Assembly: GCA_013239625.1 (NCBI GenBank)
Contig: MU053574.1
Span: 619,844 to 683,843, forward strand
DNA: 64,000 nucleotides
Reading direction: 5' to 3'
Source of the DNA: Lama guanicoe
Lineage: Eukaryota
The position numbers and the translations under genes are program-made. Of this stretch, positions 1-13,280 are shown one piece after another. Each line of letters starts with the position of its first letter. The first letter of the stretch is position 1. The notes under the pieces were generated by a model that searched no databases, was not told the origin of the DNA, and worked only from the letters and a program-made list of their open reading frames with translations.

Positions 1-2999
1 AACTACTCTAGCTATTTCAAATGGAGAATTTAATATAGGGATTTAGGTTGCAGAACAGTTGACAGAATGAAGGAGCAGTGGGGGGAAGGTTGAATTACCC
101 AGTGACGGGGAACCGAGGTGGGGGGCTGCTGCAGCCCCATATGGCCCGGGGAACACACAGCTATGTCTCCTCGGAGTGCAACAGCTTCTGCCTCCCTCCG
201 ACCTTCTGGCCTCTCACGAGTGCCTCCCGCGAATGCCTCCCACGGGCAGCCCCTTAGCAGAACCCTGCTGGCAAAGGAAATAAGGTTTCCAGGCTCTTAG
301 CCGCATGTGCACAGGGTCTGAGAGCATAGGAAGGAAGGTGTGGGTGAAGCCTCCCGCACAGTGATGATGTCAGCATCTGTGCCGGGGTGCCACGCCCGTC
401 TCCTGCATGTTCTCTCTGCCATCATCAATGTAACACCATGATGTGTGGTGTTGATTAATTCATCCACAAAGCTAGACATTTCCCCAAACCTGCCATAATT
501 GGAGAGGGAAGGACACAGAGAAACAAGTTTAGGGGGGGCCTTGGCTGCCAGCATATCCCAGCACCCATCACAGTGTTATGCAAATAACAGACATTCAAAA
601 AATAGTTAGCAAGTGAGTATTTTCTTTTTAACAAGCCTTTAGTCCCCTCCTGTCTGTCAAACAGCAATCTCCGTGCTGATGGGAATACAGATTTTATGTT
701 CCTTTTGGAGGACAATCTGGGAAAATACACCAAAGCCTTAAGAATGTACATATTCTGTGATCAAGCAATTTAACCCCTAGGACCTAAAGAAATAATAGAA
801 CCAGGGTATAAGAATGGCACATTTATAGTATGAAACATAGAATAAATATGAATGTTCTTTAATAGGAAATCTGCTATATTATGGTATATTTTTAGAATGG
901 AATATTATGCAGTAATTAAAAATGAGAAGACAGATTTGGTTAACATAAAAAGAGGTAAACAATATTATCAACTAAAATACGTATTTCCTGCAGAAGAGTA
1001 CATATATTTTCTTAAGTTTGTAATAGTAAAAAAAAAAGTTAAGGAAATTGTGTAAATACAAATACATTAAAAAGTTATGGGAGAAATTAAACCCAAAGTG
1101 TGGACGGTGGTTCTCTCTGGGCAGTGGGATTGTTAGTTTATAGGGTAGAATTCTCGATACGGATCACCAGGAGATCAGGCCAGACAGACCGAAGGAGTCT
1201 GGGACCTCTCAAGACCAAAAGTCCAGAGGGTGAGGCTGGATCCAGCTACTTGGAGCCCTCAAATGTGCCTTCTTGCTGATTCTCAGCTCTCCCTTCTCCA
1301 GAGTCCACTTCATCTTCCACCCCAAGGGATGCCTTCACAGAGCCACATGGATAGCATCCTGGGCCCATTCAGGAAAGAAAAAAGGTCTTTTCCAATAGCT
1401 CTTGCTTAAATCCTAGGTTTTGCTCCCAGTGCCCAGATTAGAGCTTGTACCCAACTCTGAGCCATCACTGTAGCTAGGAGAATGGGATTGTCTCCAACCA
1501 GTCTGGGCTCATCTCTGGAGCTGGGATTCAGCTCCATGTGCCTTCAGTGGCTGAAAGGGTAAACACCCCAGTGGAAACGGAGTCCCATTAGAGGTGAGTG
1601 GGCTCGGAGGAAGCAGCCCACACGTGTGTGTGACTGTAGGTAAATTACTCTGCGGTGCATTTTACCCGATACACTTGGGCACTTCATAGAAATTAATTTT
1701 TGAATTTTTTTCTCGCCCCTATCTCCATGCCCCTCCCCTAAAAAAAATCTTACCTTTGCCAACACCCTTTTTACATACACAAATCCAGGAATTTGGAAGA
1801 AAAAGAAGGGGAGGGTAGACCATCTGTCAAACACAGATCCAGGAGAAGACAAGGTCATAAGGGAAGCCGTGAGTTTGGATGGGTGTGTAGACTCTGGTAC
1901 TGACAGGGCCCACTGAGAAGACCCCAGACTACAGCGTGGAGGGAACAGACAGGAGAGGAAGAACGCCCCGCCGGAGAGATGGGCTTGTGGGTGAGCTCTG
2001 TGAAGATGAGAGTTGGAGCCGTGAGATGGACCGCCCCAGTTGAGAGTGGGGGGAGGCAGGAGAGGAAACCTGTACTTGGGGGGAGATGGGAGAGGAAGAC
2101 TAGACTCTGAAAGTGGACAAAGGTAGAGAGAGAAAGGCCTGTCTCACAAGAAACAAGACCCAGGAACAAATAAAATGGCTCTTAAACAGGCTTGACTGCG
2201 CCGTCTGAGTTCTTAGCCCGGTTCTCGGTCATTTAGCCCTTTTCAACGAGCACGCCTTTCAGCTGTCTGTCTTAGTTTATAGACTTCAGGACCCAACAGA
2301 GAGGCCCAAGACTCCGCAGCACCGAGGAGGCAGGAAGATGAGTGTCGTAACCAAGACCACGACAGCTGTTCTCAGAACATGACTTTCAGTTCAGCAAGCA
2401 TCACTGCCCACGAGCAGTGAGCCAGGTGCCGTTAGGAGCTGCAGATGCAAGAGTGAGCAGTGCAGACTCGGTGCCTGTTTCCTGGGAGGCTGTTCTGAGC
2501 ACCATTTCCAGTTCATCTCCTGAAATACACACCACAGAATTCTTCAAACTCATCAACCAGTCCATTGATCCATCCACCCACTCCCAGCCCGTCCACACTG
2601 TCACCAAGTCCATTATCACAGTCCCTCTCTTCTGAACACCCTTGGGTTACTTCCCTGCTCAAGATCCCAGGCCTGGGTGAGCCCTTCCATCTGCCTCCCA
2701 CCTGCACCTGAGGAGCTGAATATTCTTAGAAGAAAATCACACTGAGCTGGCTGGTTTCACTTGAACGATCGTACCCAAATGGGCGCGCGATGTCACCAAA
2801 GGACCCTCCTTTGGTCCTCCAGTGGGCTTGCTGTTCTCTTACCTACATCAGCTGTTTCATGCGTTCAACCAACCCGTGCCTCTCTTCTGCCCTTTTCATG
2901 ATTCACTGAGAAACTGAAGCCATCCTACCTCAGTTCCCTCTTCCCTCCACTTATACTCATTCTTCTACTACAAGCTCAGTCCCTACACTTGAGCCCTGC

Positions 3000-3840
3000 A
3001 GCCTGTCCCCTTGTGATATCTCAGACACATTGGTCCTTTGCTGATCCTTTAAATTGTCCATCTCGCCTATTCTGGCCGGTTATCACCATATAAACCAGCT
3101 GTAGTATTAGCCAGCTTTGATTCTGTGTATGTAGAATCAATTAGCACTTCCTGCTACACCCCTTCCACAGCCCTCAGCTTCTAAATGTTCGTGTTCCTCG
3201 GGGCCGCTCTAGGCTCTTCACATCTTCCTGATGCCTTGGAAAAACATTTACATGCTGGTGGCTCCCACACGTGCAGTGATAGGTCAGATTCTCCCCCAAA
3301 CTCCAGGCTGAAAAATTAATCTGCCCACATGCCATAACATTCAAGCATCTTACATCTCAAGTTTGACTCATTACAAACAGCATTTTAGTCGCCCACACAC
3401 CTCAAAGTCTGTCACCCGCCCCCAGGCTTTCTCATCTCTGCCAGTGGTGTCACTGTTCACTCTGTCACTCAAATCAGAAACCCAGGAGTCATCCGCCCAT
3501 GCTGCGTGCGTCCTTTCCCCCAAGATCCACATCCAGTCCGTTAGCAAACCCCATCAATTCTGCCTCCACTCGCTCACCTGACGTCTGCTTCCACCCCCAT
3601 CTACCTTGATCTCAGACACCGTCCTCTTTGTATGAACTATACTGACCTCCCTGTTTCCACGATTGGTCTGTCTCCAGGCTGCAGCTGCAAAATTGGTCGT
3701 ATCGCCACCCTGTTCAGAACCTTTGAAATGGTTTCTCACTGCACTTTAGGATGATACTCAGACTATGTCATAGTGTCTCAAAGGGTCTGCACAATCTGCC
3801 ATTGCTTCTCTCTCCAAGCCTCTCTCTGCCCTTGTTCCCC
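3000..3840 (+). mobile_element. Degraded L2 LINE-like fragment
   Basis: Pyrimidine-rich sequence with L2-type phrases (e.g. cagaaacccaggagtcatc, atccacatccagtcc). Boundaries and strand are approximate. Confidence 0.55.
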
Positions 3841-3917
3841 TCACACCACAAAAAAAAAAAAAAAAAAGGAACCAACCAAGAGAAAAGTTAATGAAGAATA
3901 AAAACTATGTATGTGCT

Positions 3918-4011
3918 GGAGAGGGTGATAATAGCTCAGTGGTAGAGCACATGCTTAGCATGTGTGACATCCTGGGTTCAATCCCCAGTGCCTCTATTTA
4001 AAAAAAAAAAA
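3918..4011 (+). mobile_element. tRNA-derived SINE (Vic-1-like, camelid)
   Basis: A box TAGCTCAGTGG, B box GGTTCAATCC, A tail. Confidence 0.85.
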
Positions 4012-4016
4012 CGGGC

Positions 4017-4143
4017 CGGGGGATAGGGATATAGCTCAGTGGTAGAGCATGTGCTTGGTGTGCACGAGATCCTGGGTTCAATCCCCAGTGCCTCCATTAA
4101 GGGAAAAAAGGAAAAGAAAACTCTATTTGGGGCCAAAAAAAAA
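4017..4143 (+). mobile_element. tRNA-derived SINE (Vic-1-like), second tandem copy
   Basis: Same A/B boxes, A-rich tail, immediately downstream of the first copy. Confidence 0.85.
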
Positions 4144-4574
4144 GGAAATTGCATTTGTCAAACTCCAGATCCATCCAATAAGAACAGAAGGCAACTTCCT
4201 CAACCTGATCAAGGTAATCTACCAAAACCTGCATGCGGCAAGCATTATTTTTAAAGGTGAGACATTGAAATGATTCCCTTTGAGGTCAAGAAGGAGAAGG
4301 ATGCCTGCTCTTCACAGTTCTCAGCATTAGCCAGCGAGGGCCATCAAGGAAGGAACAGAGGTAGAAGCTAAATGGATTGGAAATGAAAATCTAAAACTGC
4401 CATTGTCCACAGAGGATTCAATTGTGGATGTAGGAAATCCAAAGGAATCTACAGAGGATGTACTGGAATCAATACATTAATTAAGTGAAGTTACTAGAGA
4501 CAAGATTAATACGTAAAAATCAATCTTATGTATTGATGGCAAACAAAATTCAAAATTTTATATAAATATTATAT

Positions 4575-5150
4575 TTCTATGCTGCCATAACAAATGACCA
4601 CAAATTTAGTGGCTTGAACCACACAAATTACTATATTACAGTCCTGTAGGTCAGAAGTCGTATGGGTGTCACAAGGCTGAGAGCAAGGTGTCAACGGGGC
4701 TACGTGCTTGTCTGGAGGCCCTAGGAGAGAGTCCGGCTCCTGCTCCTCTGGCTTGTTGGAAGAATTCAGTTCTTCGTGGCTGCAGAGCTGTCTTCTTGCT
4801 GGCTGTAAGCCGAAGGCCATTCCCAGCTTCTAGAGGCTACTGCGGCGTTCCTTGGCTTGAGGCCTCCTTCCTCCACCTTCAAAGCCAGCATGGCGGTCAA
4901 GTCCTCATGGCGCGTCTCCTGGACTCTCTCTTCTACCTCAGTCTTGAGCTTTAAGAGCTCATGACTAGACTGGGCTCACACAGATGATCTTCCTATTTTA
5001 AGGTTGGCTGATGAGCAGCCTCATTCCATCTGCGAACCCCAAGTCCCTTTTGCCATGTGCCAAAACATAGGCACTGTAACACAGCATAACACAGATTCTG
5101 GGGCTTAGCATATGGACATTTCGGGGGACCGTTATTCTGCCTGCTCTAGT
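4575..5150. mobile_element. MaLR (MLT1-type) LTR, within L1 fragments
   Basis: Typical gctgccataacaaatgaccacaaatttagtggctt start and ggggaccgttattctgcct end. Confidence 0.7.
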
Positions 5151-6192
5151 CACCGTTAATAATAACATAAAAAACGAAGATATTCCTAGGAATGAATCTA
5201 GGCAAAAAACTATAAAATAATATCGGGGGAAAAAATGAGAGACTGTTCAATCTCCCTAAGGTAGACTTTTAAAGCTTTTCATGCATTTGAACTCTACCTG
5301 GTTTTGGATCAACCCCATGATAAAGAAGAGCTGTATTTTACATAAACTCAATTGCATTGCTGCTTTAAACTCAAACAGCTCGCAGGAGGGAAGTTGCTTT
5401 AAGTGGAGAAGTTATGTACTTTTAAAGGCCATATGAATCTGTATAAACTATCTTGAAATATTATAAAGCCACCATTAAAACCCACAATGTTTTAATTTGG
5501 TAATTAAATTATATTTTTAGAATGAAAGTTATCATGAGAATAATATGTGACTTCAAGAAAAGTACGATTAAAAACAAAAGAAAAGTATGATTTTATTGTA
5601 TTAAAGACCACTCTCTTGATTTGGCAAAATACTGTTAAATTGGTAAAGTTACTACTTCCTTTGCGTTTGTACCTCCGTAAGTCCTTACGATTTGGTATGC
5701 TGCACTGTGGGCCGGATAAGTTAACTGAAAAAAAATAAAGTCATTACCCGAGCTTTGCAGCACTAGTTCCTTAAGCAAAGGAATGGCTGCTCTCATCCTT
5801 TAGCATTTCACATTTGCCGTAACTTAAAAACCTGCCATGTGTCAAAACCATGCTTCTGTAATTGCTAAAGCAAGATATGTCCTGCTGTTTGAATAGAATT
5901 ACCTTTTGAAATAACTGTGACCAGGAGGCATCTTTTTTACATGAAGAGCTGTACATGATTTGAAATTACTCAAATGATGTCTTGATTAGAAGCATAAATC
6001 CCAGGTACTAAATGCTTGGGGGTGGGGGAATAAGAAAAAAAGATTGATTTAAATGAATCATTAAGAATTTCACTATAGTTTGTATTTATAGGAAATCTTT
6101 ATTCTGGATGCCAGAGAGCAGGTGCAATTTGGGAAACAATCCAGTGAATGTATTTTGTTAGATGTTTTGTAGCAAATAATTATCACCCCCAC

Positions 6193-6583
6193 TGTACCAG
6201 TCAGCTAAGGCTACCACGCTAGTGTGTCACAGCCTGAGGGCCTTAAGCAACAGAAATTTATTTTCTCACAGTTCTGAAGCCTAGAATTTCAAGATGAAGG
6301 TGCCCGCGGGGTTGCTTTCTGGTGAGAACACCTTCCTTGTCCTGCACACGATGCTTTCTCACTGTGTCCTCACACGGGCTTTCCTCTGAGTGTGTGCGCC
6401 CTCCGCTGTCTTTTCCTCTTCGTATAAGGACAGCAGTCTATTGGATTAGGGACCCACACTTATGGCCTCATTTAATCTTAATTGTCTCCTTAAAGCCCCG
6501 TCTCCAAACATAATCACATTGGAGACTAAGATTTCAATATGGGAATTTGGGGGAGGAGGGGTACACAGCTCAGTTCATAACAA
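6193..6583. mobile_element. MaLR (MLT1A/B-type) LTR
   Basis: TG...CA termini; caacagaaatttattttctcacagttctg; ends cagttcataaca. Confidence 0.75.
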
Positions 6584-6865
6584 CCACTAAATAATACCTT
6601 TGATACTTACAGTTGTTACATATGGAGTATTTTGTTAATGAGAGTTTACACTGTCTTTATTTTACAATACTTAATATAAGTGATTAACCTAGTCACTTAT
6701 AATATATGTACATAAATAAACCATAGAAATTATATATTGAACTGACTTTAAATTAGCATATTTTTAACTTAAAATATTATTTACCTTAAGATTTAGGACT
6801 TTACTTATAGAAGGTTAAATTCAAAAAAGTGTCTGATTATTTTTTGTAACAAGAGATGGTTTTCA

Positions 6866-7068
6866 GGATTTCAGAATTGTAGAATAGACAGACAAGATTA
6901 TACTGTATAGCACAGGGAAATATATACAAGATCTTGTGGTAGCTCACAGAGAAAAAAATGTGACAATGAATATATATATGCTCATGTATAACTGAAAAAA
7001 TTGTGCTCTACACTGGAATTTGACACAACATTGTAAAATGATTATAAATCAATAAAAAATGTTAAAGA
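6866..7068 (+). mobile_element. 5'-truncated young L1 3' end with 15-bp TSD
   Basis: AAGAGATGGTTTTCA at 6851-6865 and 7069-7083; AATAAA and A-rich end. Confidence 0.85.
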
Positions 7069-7789
7069 AAGAGATGGTTTTCATAACTAAAATAACATTT
7101 TAGGTAAATAAAGCATTAGTAATTACTGACATTTGATTTTTTTTAAAGCTAAGAATATAACTACTTTAAATAATACTTGTTCTAAAAAAGGTATAATGCC
7201 CTAATGATAAAATATTTCTAAACAAAACAAATATATAAAATATATATATTATTGACAGCAATTTTAAGACAGTAAGTGGGGCGATATATTCATTGACAGG
7301 AAGCTTCACTCAGCTGTAAAGATGTTGATTCTCCCCAAATTGATCTCCAGACTCTACACAACGAAACAAAAATTATCAGTAGGGTTTGTTATGAAATTAG
7401 ATGATCAATGTTTGATGAGTAAATGAATGGATTGTTGGACGCAGAGGTAAACCTACTCTGAAGCTGCCCTAACTTAAGCTCCAGGGACCACCCTTTCTCA
7501 GGCTCTGTAATGTCTTTACAAGGTAAAATATCCTTATTCAAAAGTATGTTTTAACTGAAATTGATCTGGATTTCTGTTTCTCCCCAATCACACTTTAAGG
7601 CAGGTGGCATTCCGGAAGGGCTGTGGGCATTTTGGGGATCTGTTTTAGGGAAACCTCATATAGAAATACTTATTTTTAATCTGAGTTTGAAAGGATGTTT
7701 TGTAATGTTTCAATAATATGACTGAGAATTTGTGAGTTCAGGGTTTGGAGAAACATGAAGGGCGTTATTTCTAGCAGTGTTTTGATGCT

Positions 7790-8995
7790 TGCTTTGGACT
7801 TTTTATATACAGAATCATATCATCTGTGTATAGAGATAGTTTTATGTCTTCCTTTCCAATATGCGTGCATTTTGCTACTTTTTCTTGCCTAATTACTCTG
7901 GCTAGAACTTCCAGTGATTTGATTAACAGTGGTGAAAGCAGGCCTCCTTTTCTTGTTCCTCACGTAAGTAAGAAGGAAAGTTTCTGGTCTTTCACCCCTG
8001 AGTGTAGTGCTAGCTGAGGTTTTTCATGTATGCCCTTTATCAGAAGTTCCCTTCTTTTCCTAGTTTTCTGAGTGTATTTATTATGAAAGGGGTTGGATTT
8101 TGAGAAAGAAGATATTTTTCTGCAACAGTTGAGATGATCATGTGGTTTTAGCCCTTCGTTCTATTGATGTGGGGTACTACATTGATCTTTGTATGTTGAA
8201 CGACCCTTGCAGTTGCTGAGACAAGTCCCATTTGGCCATGGTGTGTAATCTTTTGAATACAGTGCTGAGTTTGGATGGCTAGTATTGTGTTGAGGATTTT
8301 TCACTCTATATTCATAAAGGATATTGATCTGTAGTCTTCTTTTCTTTGCAATGTCTTTGGCTGGCTTCGATACCAGGGTAAAGCTGGTATCGGCGTTAGC
8401 CACATAGAATGAGTTAGGATGTGTTCCTTCGTCTTTTATTTTTTGAAGACTTCGAGAAATATTGGTGTTAATTCTTTAAATGTTTGGTAGAGTTCATCAG
8501 TGAAGCCACCTCTCCCTGGGTTTTCCTTTCTTAGGAGGCTTGTGATTACTGATTCAGGCCCTTTAATTGTTACGGGTCTCCCAGACTTCCTACTTCTTTT
8601 TGATTCGGTTTTGATGGTTTGTGTTTTCCTAGGAATTTTCTCATTGTGTCTAGGTTATGCTGGTGTACAACTATTCTTAGTCCTCTCAGAGACCTCTTTT
8701 CATTCCTGTGAGGACAATATTAATGTCTCCACTTCTTTCATTTCTGAGTTTATCATTTGGGTAACCCCCCTCCTCTTTCGGTCAGCCTAGCCAAAAGTTG
8801 CCAATTTTGGTAATCTTTTTAAAGAACCACCTTATGTTTTTTGTTAATTATCTCCTACTTTTCATTTATCTGAACCCTTATCTTTATTATTTCCATCTTT
8901 TGCTAACTTTGGTTCTCTAGAAAAATCTCTTTTTCTAGGTTTTCAAAGTGTAAGTTGATTTGAGATCCTTTTTACAACTCTAAGTTTCCCTCTAA
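7790..8995 (-). mobile_element. Old L1 ORF2 fragment
   Basis: T-rich antisense L1 phrases; degenerate RT-like peptide in the minus-strand ORF 8161-8403. Confidence 0.8.
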
Positions 8996-9004
8996 ACACT
9001 GAGA

Positions 9005-12000
9005 GCCAATAAATCAGTAACTGGCAAAGATGCCAAGGATGGCAATCTTTTCAAAATATGGTGCTGAGATGACTGGAAAAAAAAGTAGAATGAAGACTCC
9101 TTTTTCATCACATACATATAGAAAAAAATATTTAAAACTCTGGAACAAAATATAAGGTAACATTTTATAAATTCTTAGGATACAAAAATCACTAACTATT
9201 AAAGAAGCAATTGATAAGTTAGACTTCATCAAAATTGAAAACTTCTACTCTGCTAAGGATACTGTTAAGAAAGTAAAAATGCAAGCCACAAAGCAGGAGA
9301 AACTATTGGCAACAAATGCTCATAATAAAGTCCTCATAGGTAAAGAAGTCTTACAACTTAATAAAGACAAGCAATCCAATTAAAAATGGCCAAAGGAGAC
9401 TACTTTCAGGTTCCAGTTCTGCAGTAAGGACCTTGAAAGTAGCCACTTAATGCTTATGAGTAAAAAGGTGAACTGACTGAAAAATCCTCACTTCTTCTAG
9501 GATCTATAAGAGAGGGGAGGATACAGGGCAACACGCCACCTCAAAGACTGGAGAGGCAGACAGGCAAGTATAGAGAACAACTTACCTGAGCAGAGACCCA
9601 CAAATGGAAACTGCCAGGGGAACCAGTGCTGAGTAAGGAAACCTGAACTACAGCTGAGGAATTGCTGGAGACTCAGTGTAGACAACTCTGGGAGTTAAAA
9701 ACTCCAGCGACACTGACTCATGGAGGGTAGGGGCACAATTTTATGAGATTTACCTCCAGGAGTTCAACAGGGTTCTCACAGTAAATATTGGAGAAAAATC
9801 CTTTTGTTCTTCCAGTAGGGGGATGAGAAAAGAAACCATCTTGAAATACACTAGACCTTTATGTCCTTATCAAGACCTGCCCTCAGGAGAAACTAGCTAA
9901 CTAGAACCTAAGCTGCTAAGGGTATTATCAGAGCCTAACTGCCCTGGGGGAAAGAAAACAGCCAGACCCAGTCAGTTCCAGTGAACTGGGGGAAGGGAGA
10001 GACCAACTCCAGCCCATTCTAGCCATCCTCTCCAACCTAAAAGGGGAGAAAAATTAAAGTTCAAGTCCAGTGCTAGTAAATGACTAAAGGACTGAGACCT
10101 AATCACAGGACAATAGAACACTTTCCTTCCCACCACACCTCACCACCCTGTTATTAACGCTTATTTACAACAGTTCTTTTCACATGACATGTCATGTCCC
10201 ACCATCAAGAAAAAATGACAAGGCATACCACAAGGTAAAAACACAGTTTGAAAAGACAGAGCAAGCATTGGAGTTAGACATAGGAGGGATGCTGGAATGA
10301 TCAGAGCATGAATGTGAACCAACTATGATTACCGTGATAATGGCTCTAATGGACAAAGCAGACAGCATGCAAGGACAGATAAGCAATTTAAGCAAAAAAG
10401 ATACAAATCCTTAGAAAGAACCAAAAAGAAATGCTAGAGATTAAAAACAATGTACCAGAAACAAATGCTTCTGACAGGCTTACTAGTAGACGAGACGTGG
10501 CTGAGAAAAGAACCTGAGCCTGAGGATATAACAGGACAAACTACCAAAGCTAGAAAGCAAAGAGGACAAACACCGAAAAAACAAAACAAAACAAAACTAA
10601 ATATCCAAGGACTGTGGGCCAACATATGTGTTAAAAGGAATGCCAGAAGAAGATAGAAAAAAAAGACGGAATATTTGAAACAAAAATGATTGGGAATTTT
10701 CCCAAGTTAATGTCAGGCACCAAATCACAAGTCCTGGAAGCTCAGATGCCACAAAGTGAGGTAAGTGTCCCAGAACTACAATTAGGCACAGCATTTTCAA
10801 ATGGTAGAAAAACAAAAATAAAGGGAAAGAAGCCGAAGGAAACCCTTAAGTAGCTACATCCTACTTAACGGGGAGACTCAAAGCCTTCCTGCTAAGATCA
10901 GGTACAAGGTAGATGCCCCCCTCATGACTTCCTTTTCAGTATCATTCTGGAAGTCCTTGCTTAAAGCTTTAAGGCAAGAAAGGGGGAAATGTATACATAA
11001 TGGGAGGAAAGAAATAAAACAGACTTTATTGGCAGATGACATAGTCATCTATTTAGAAAATGCAAAATATTTGAGAAAAATAAACAAACCCTGAAACTAA
11101 TAAGTGATCATAGCAAGGTTGTAGGATGTTGGTTAATATACAAAACTGAATTGCTTTCCTATAGATCAGCAAAGAAAAAGTGGCATCTGAATTACAAACA
11201 CAACAGCATTTACATTGTATTGACGTCATGGTATCAATGTATGCGGAGAGAGCTGATGGCTATTCTAAAAGTTTATTAAACTACACAGGCTTATAAAGCA
11301 AAAGAGAACAATATGGAAAATGTTTAACTATGGTATGACATTTTATGACTCCCTAGACACACAGATTGTTTTAAGGTCAGGATCTTAAGATCCTTTGATA
11401 TTTTTGATAGATTACGCTCGCTCATCATGGAGCCAGTGAGCCTTACATCTTATCAGGGCGGAACATATAGGAAAATAGCTGCTTGACAACATTCTTTCTG
11501 ACTCATGCGGCTGTGCCAGTCTTAGGTTGCCCCCCTCTGGGGATCTTACCTGTCATTGGCTAACCAGCCTTCTCACCTCTGAGTCTGCAGCCTTTTATAA
11601 CTTGTTTACCATTCCAGCCCAAGTCTTGTTCCTTTGTTCACACAATCGGGGGGCTACACATTGGCACCAAAATGAAATACTTAGGTATAAATCTAACGAA
11701 ATATGTACAAGATCTATATGAGGAAAACTACAAAAGTCTGATGAAAGATAGCAAAGAAGAATGAAAAAAATGGAGAGATATTCCATGCTCATGGATAGAA
11801 AGACTCAATATTATCAAAATGTCAATTCGTCTTAACTTGATCTATGGACTTAATGCAATCCCAACAAAATCCCAGCAAGTTATTATGTGGCAGTTGACAA
11901 ACTGATTCTAAAGTTTATATGGAAAGCAAAAGACCTAGAGTAGCCAACTCAACGTTCAAAGAGAAGAACCAAGTCTGAGGACTGATGCTATGTGACTTCA

Positions 12001-13280
12001 AGACCTCTTATAAACGTAATCCAGACAGTGTGGTATCGGTGAAGGAAGAGACAAGAAGATCTATGGAACAGAACAGAGAGCCACCCTTAGCCACGGGTGA
12101 GACTGGGAGGGTTGAATAGGCAGAGCACAGAGGATTTTTAGGGCAGTGAAAGTACTCTGATATTATAAGGACCGATGCATGCCATACATTTGTCCAAACC
12201 AATAGAATGTACAAATCAAGAGTGAACCCTAATGTAAACTACGGACTCTAGGTGATAATGACATGTCAGCGTAGGTTCATCAGTTGTACAAAAGGTACTG
12301 CACTGGTGGGGTATTTTGAGAATGGGGGTTGCTGTGCATGGGGGTGGGGTACAGCAAGTGGCTATATTGGAAATCTCTGTACCTTCCTCTCGATTTTGCT
12401 GTGAACCTAACACTGCTCTGAAAAAATAAACTCCTTTTTAACAAAATGTTTAAAGCACCCATGCAGACAATTCACATAAAAAGATAACTCATTCCCAATC
12501 TACATATGAAAAGATGTTCTACATCATTAGCTATCAGGGAAATACAAATGAGGCACACTGTTCACTCACTGGGATGACTGAAATGTCAAAGAGTCATGAC
12601 AAGCATAGTGTTGACAAGGTTGTGGAGCAAATGTAAGTCTTACACTTTGTTTATGGTAATTTAAGATGGTAAAATCACTTTGGAAAATGGAGTGTTAAGT
12701 TCTCATAATGTTAAAGACATTCCTACTCTGCAATCCAGCAGTTCTACTTCTGCAATTTTATCCACATTAAACAAAACATATGTCCATTAGAAGTCTTGTA
12801 CAATAATGTTCATTTCAGCTTTATTTGTAATAGTGGAAAACTGAAACCACACAATATCCATCAGTAGGTGAATTAAAAAAACCAAATTGTGGTATATTCA
12901 TTTAATGATAATCTTACTCTGCAATAAGAATGAGTTGCCAATTCATTCAACAACATTTGTCAACGTCACACACTTCATGTTGAACAAAAGACAGTCAAAA
13001 GAGTACATATGTATAATTCCATTGATACAGAGTTCTAAAATATTCTAAATGAATCTGATAGATCTGCTGAATCAGATCAATGGTTCCACTGAGTGAGTGG
13101 GAAGAAAGGGATATCCTGTCAAGTGGCCCAAGAGCACTTTTCTGGCATGAAGAAAATGGTTTATATTGATTAGAGATGGTTACATAAAACAATGGACTTC
13201 TAAAAATCCTCAACGATACACTTAAAATGCATATTTCACTGTGTATAATTGTATATAAACTGTATAAAGTTGATTAAAAA
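9005..13280 (+). mobile_element. Nested L1 cluster: older L1 (about 9005-9397 and 12460-13280) interrupted by an L1MC/MD-like element (about 9398-12450)
   Basis: L1 ORF2 text caatccaattaaaaatggccaaagga resumes as cagacaattcacataaaaaga...catatgaaaagatg at about 12465. Confidence 0.7.
11218..11658 (-). mobile_element. Solo ERV LTR inserted in L1
   Basis: CATTG repeated at 11213-11217 and 11659-11663; minus strand starts TGTAG, has CCAAT and TATA-like motifs and AATAAA at 11272-11277. Confidence 0.75.

Noticed and set aside
3918..4100. tRNA-like genes
   Set aside because: Degenerate stems, A-rich tails and multiple diverged dispersed copies indicate SINEs, not functional tRNAs.
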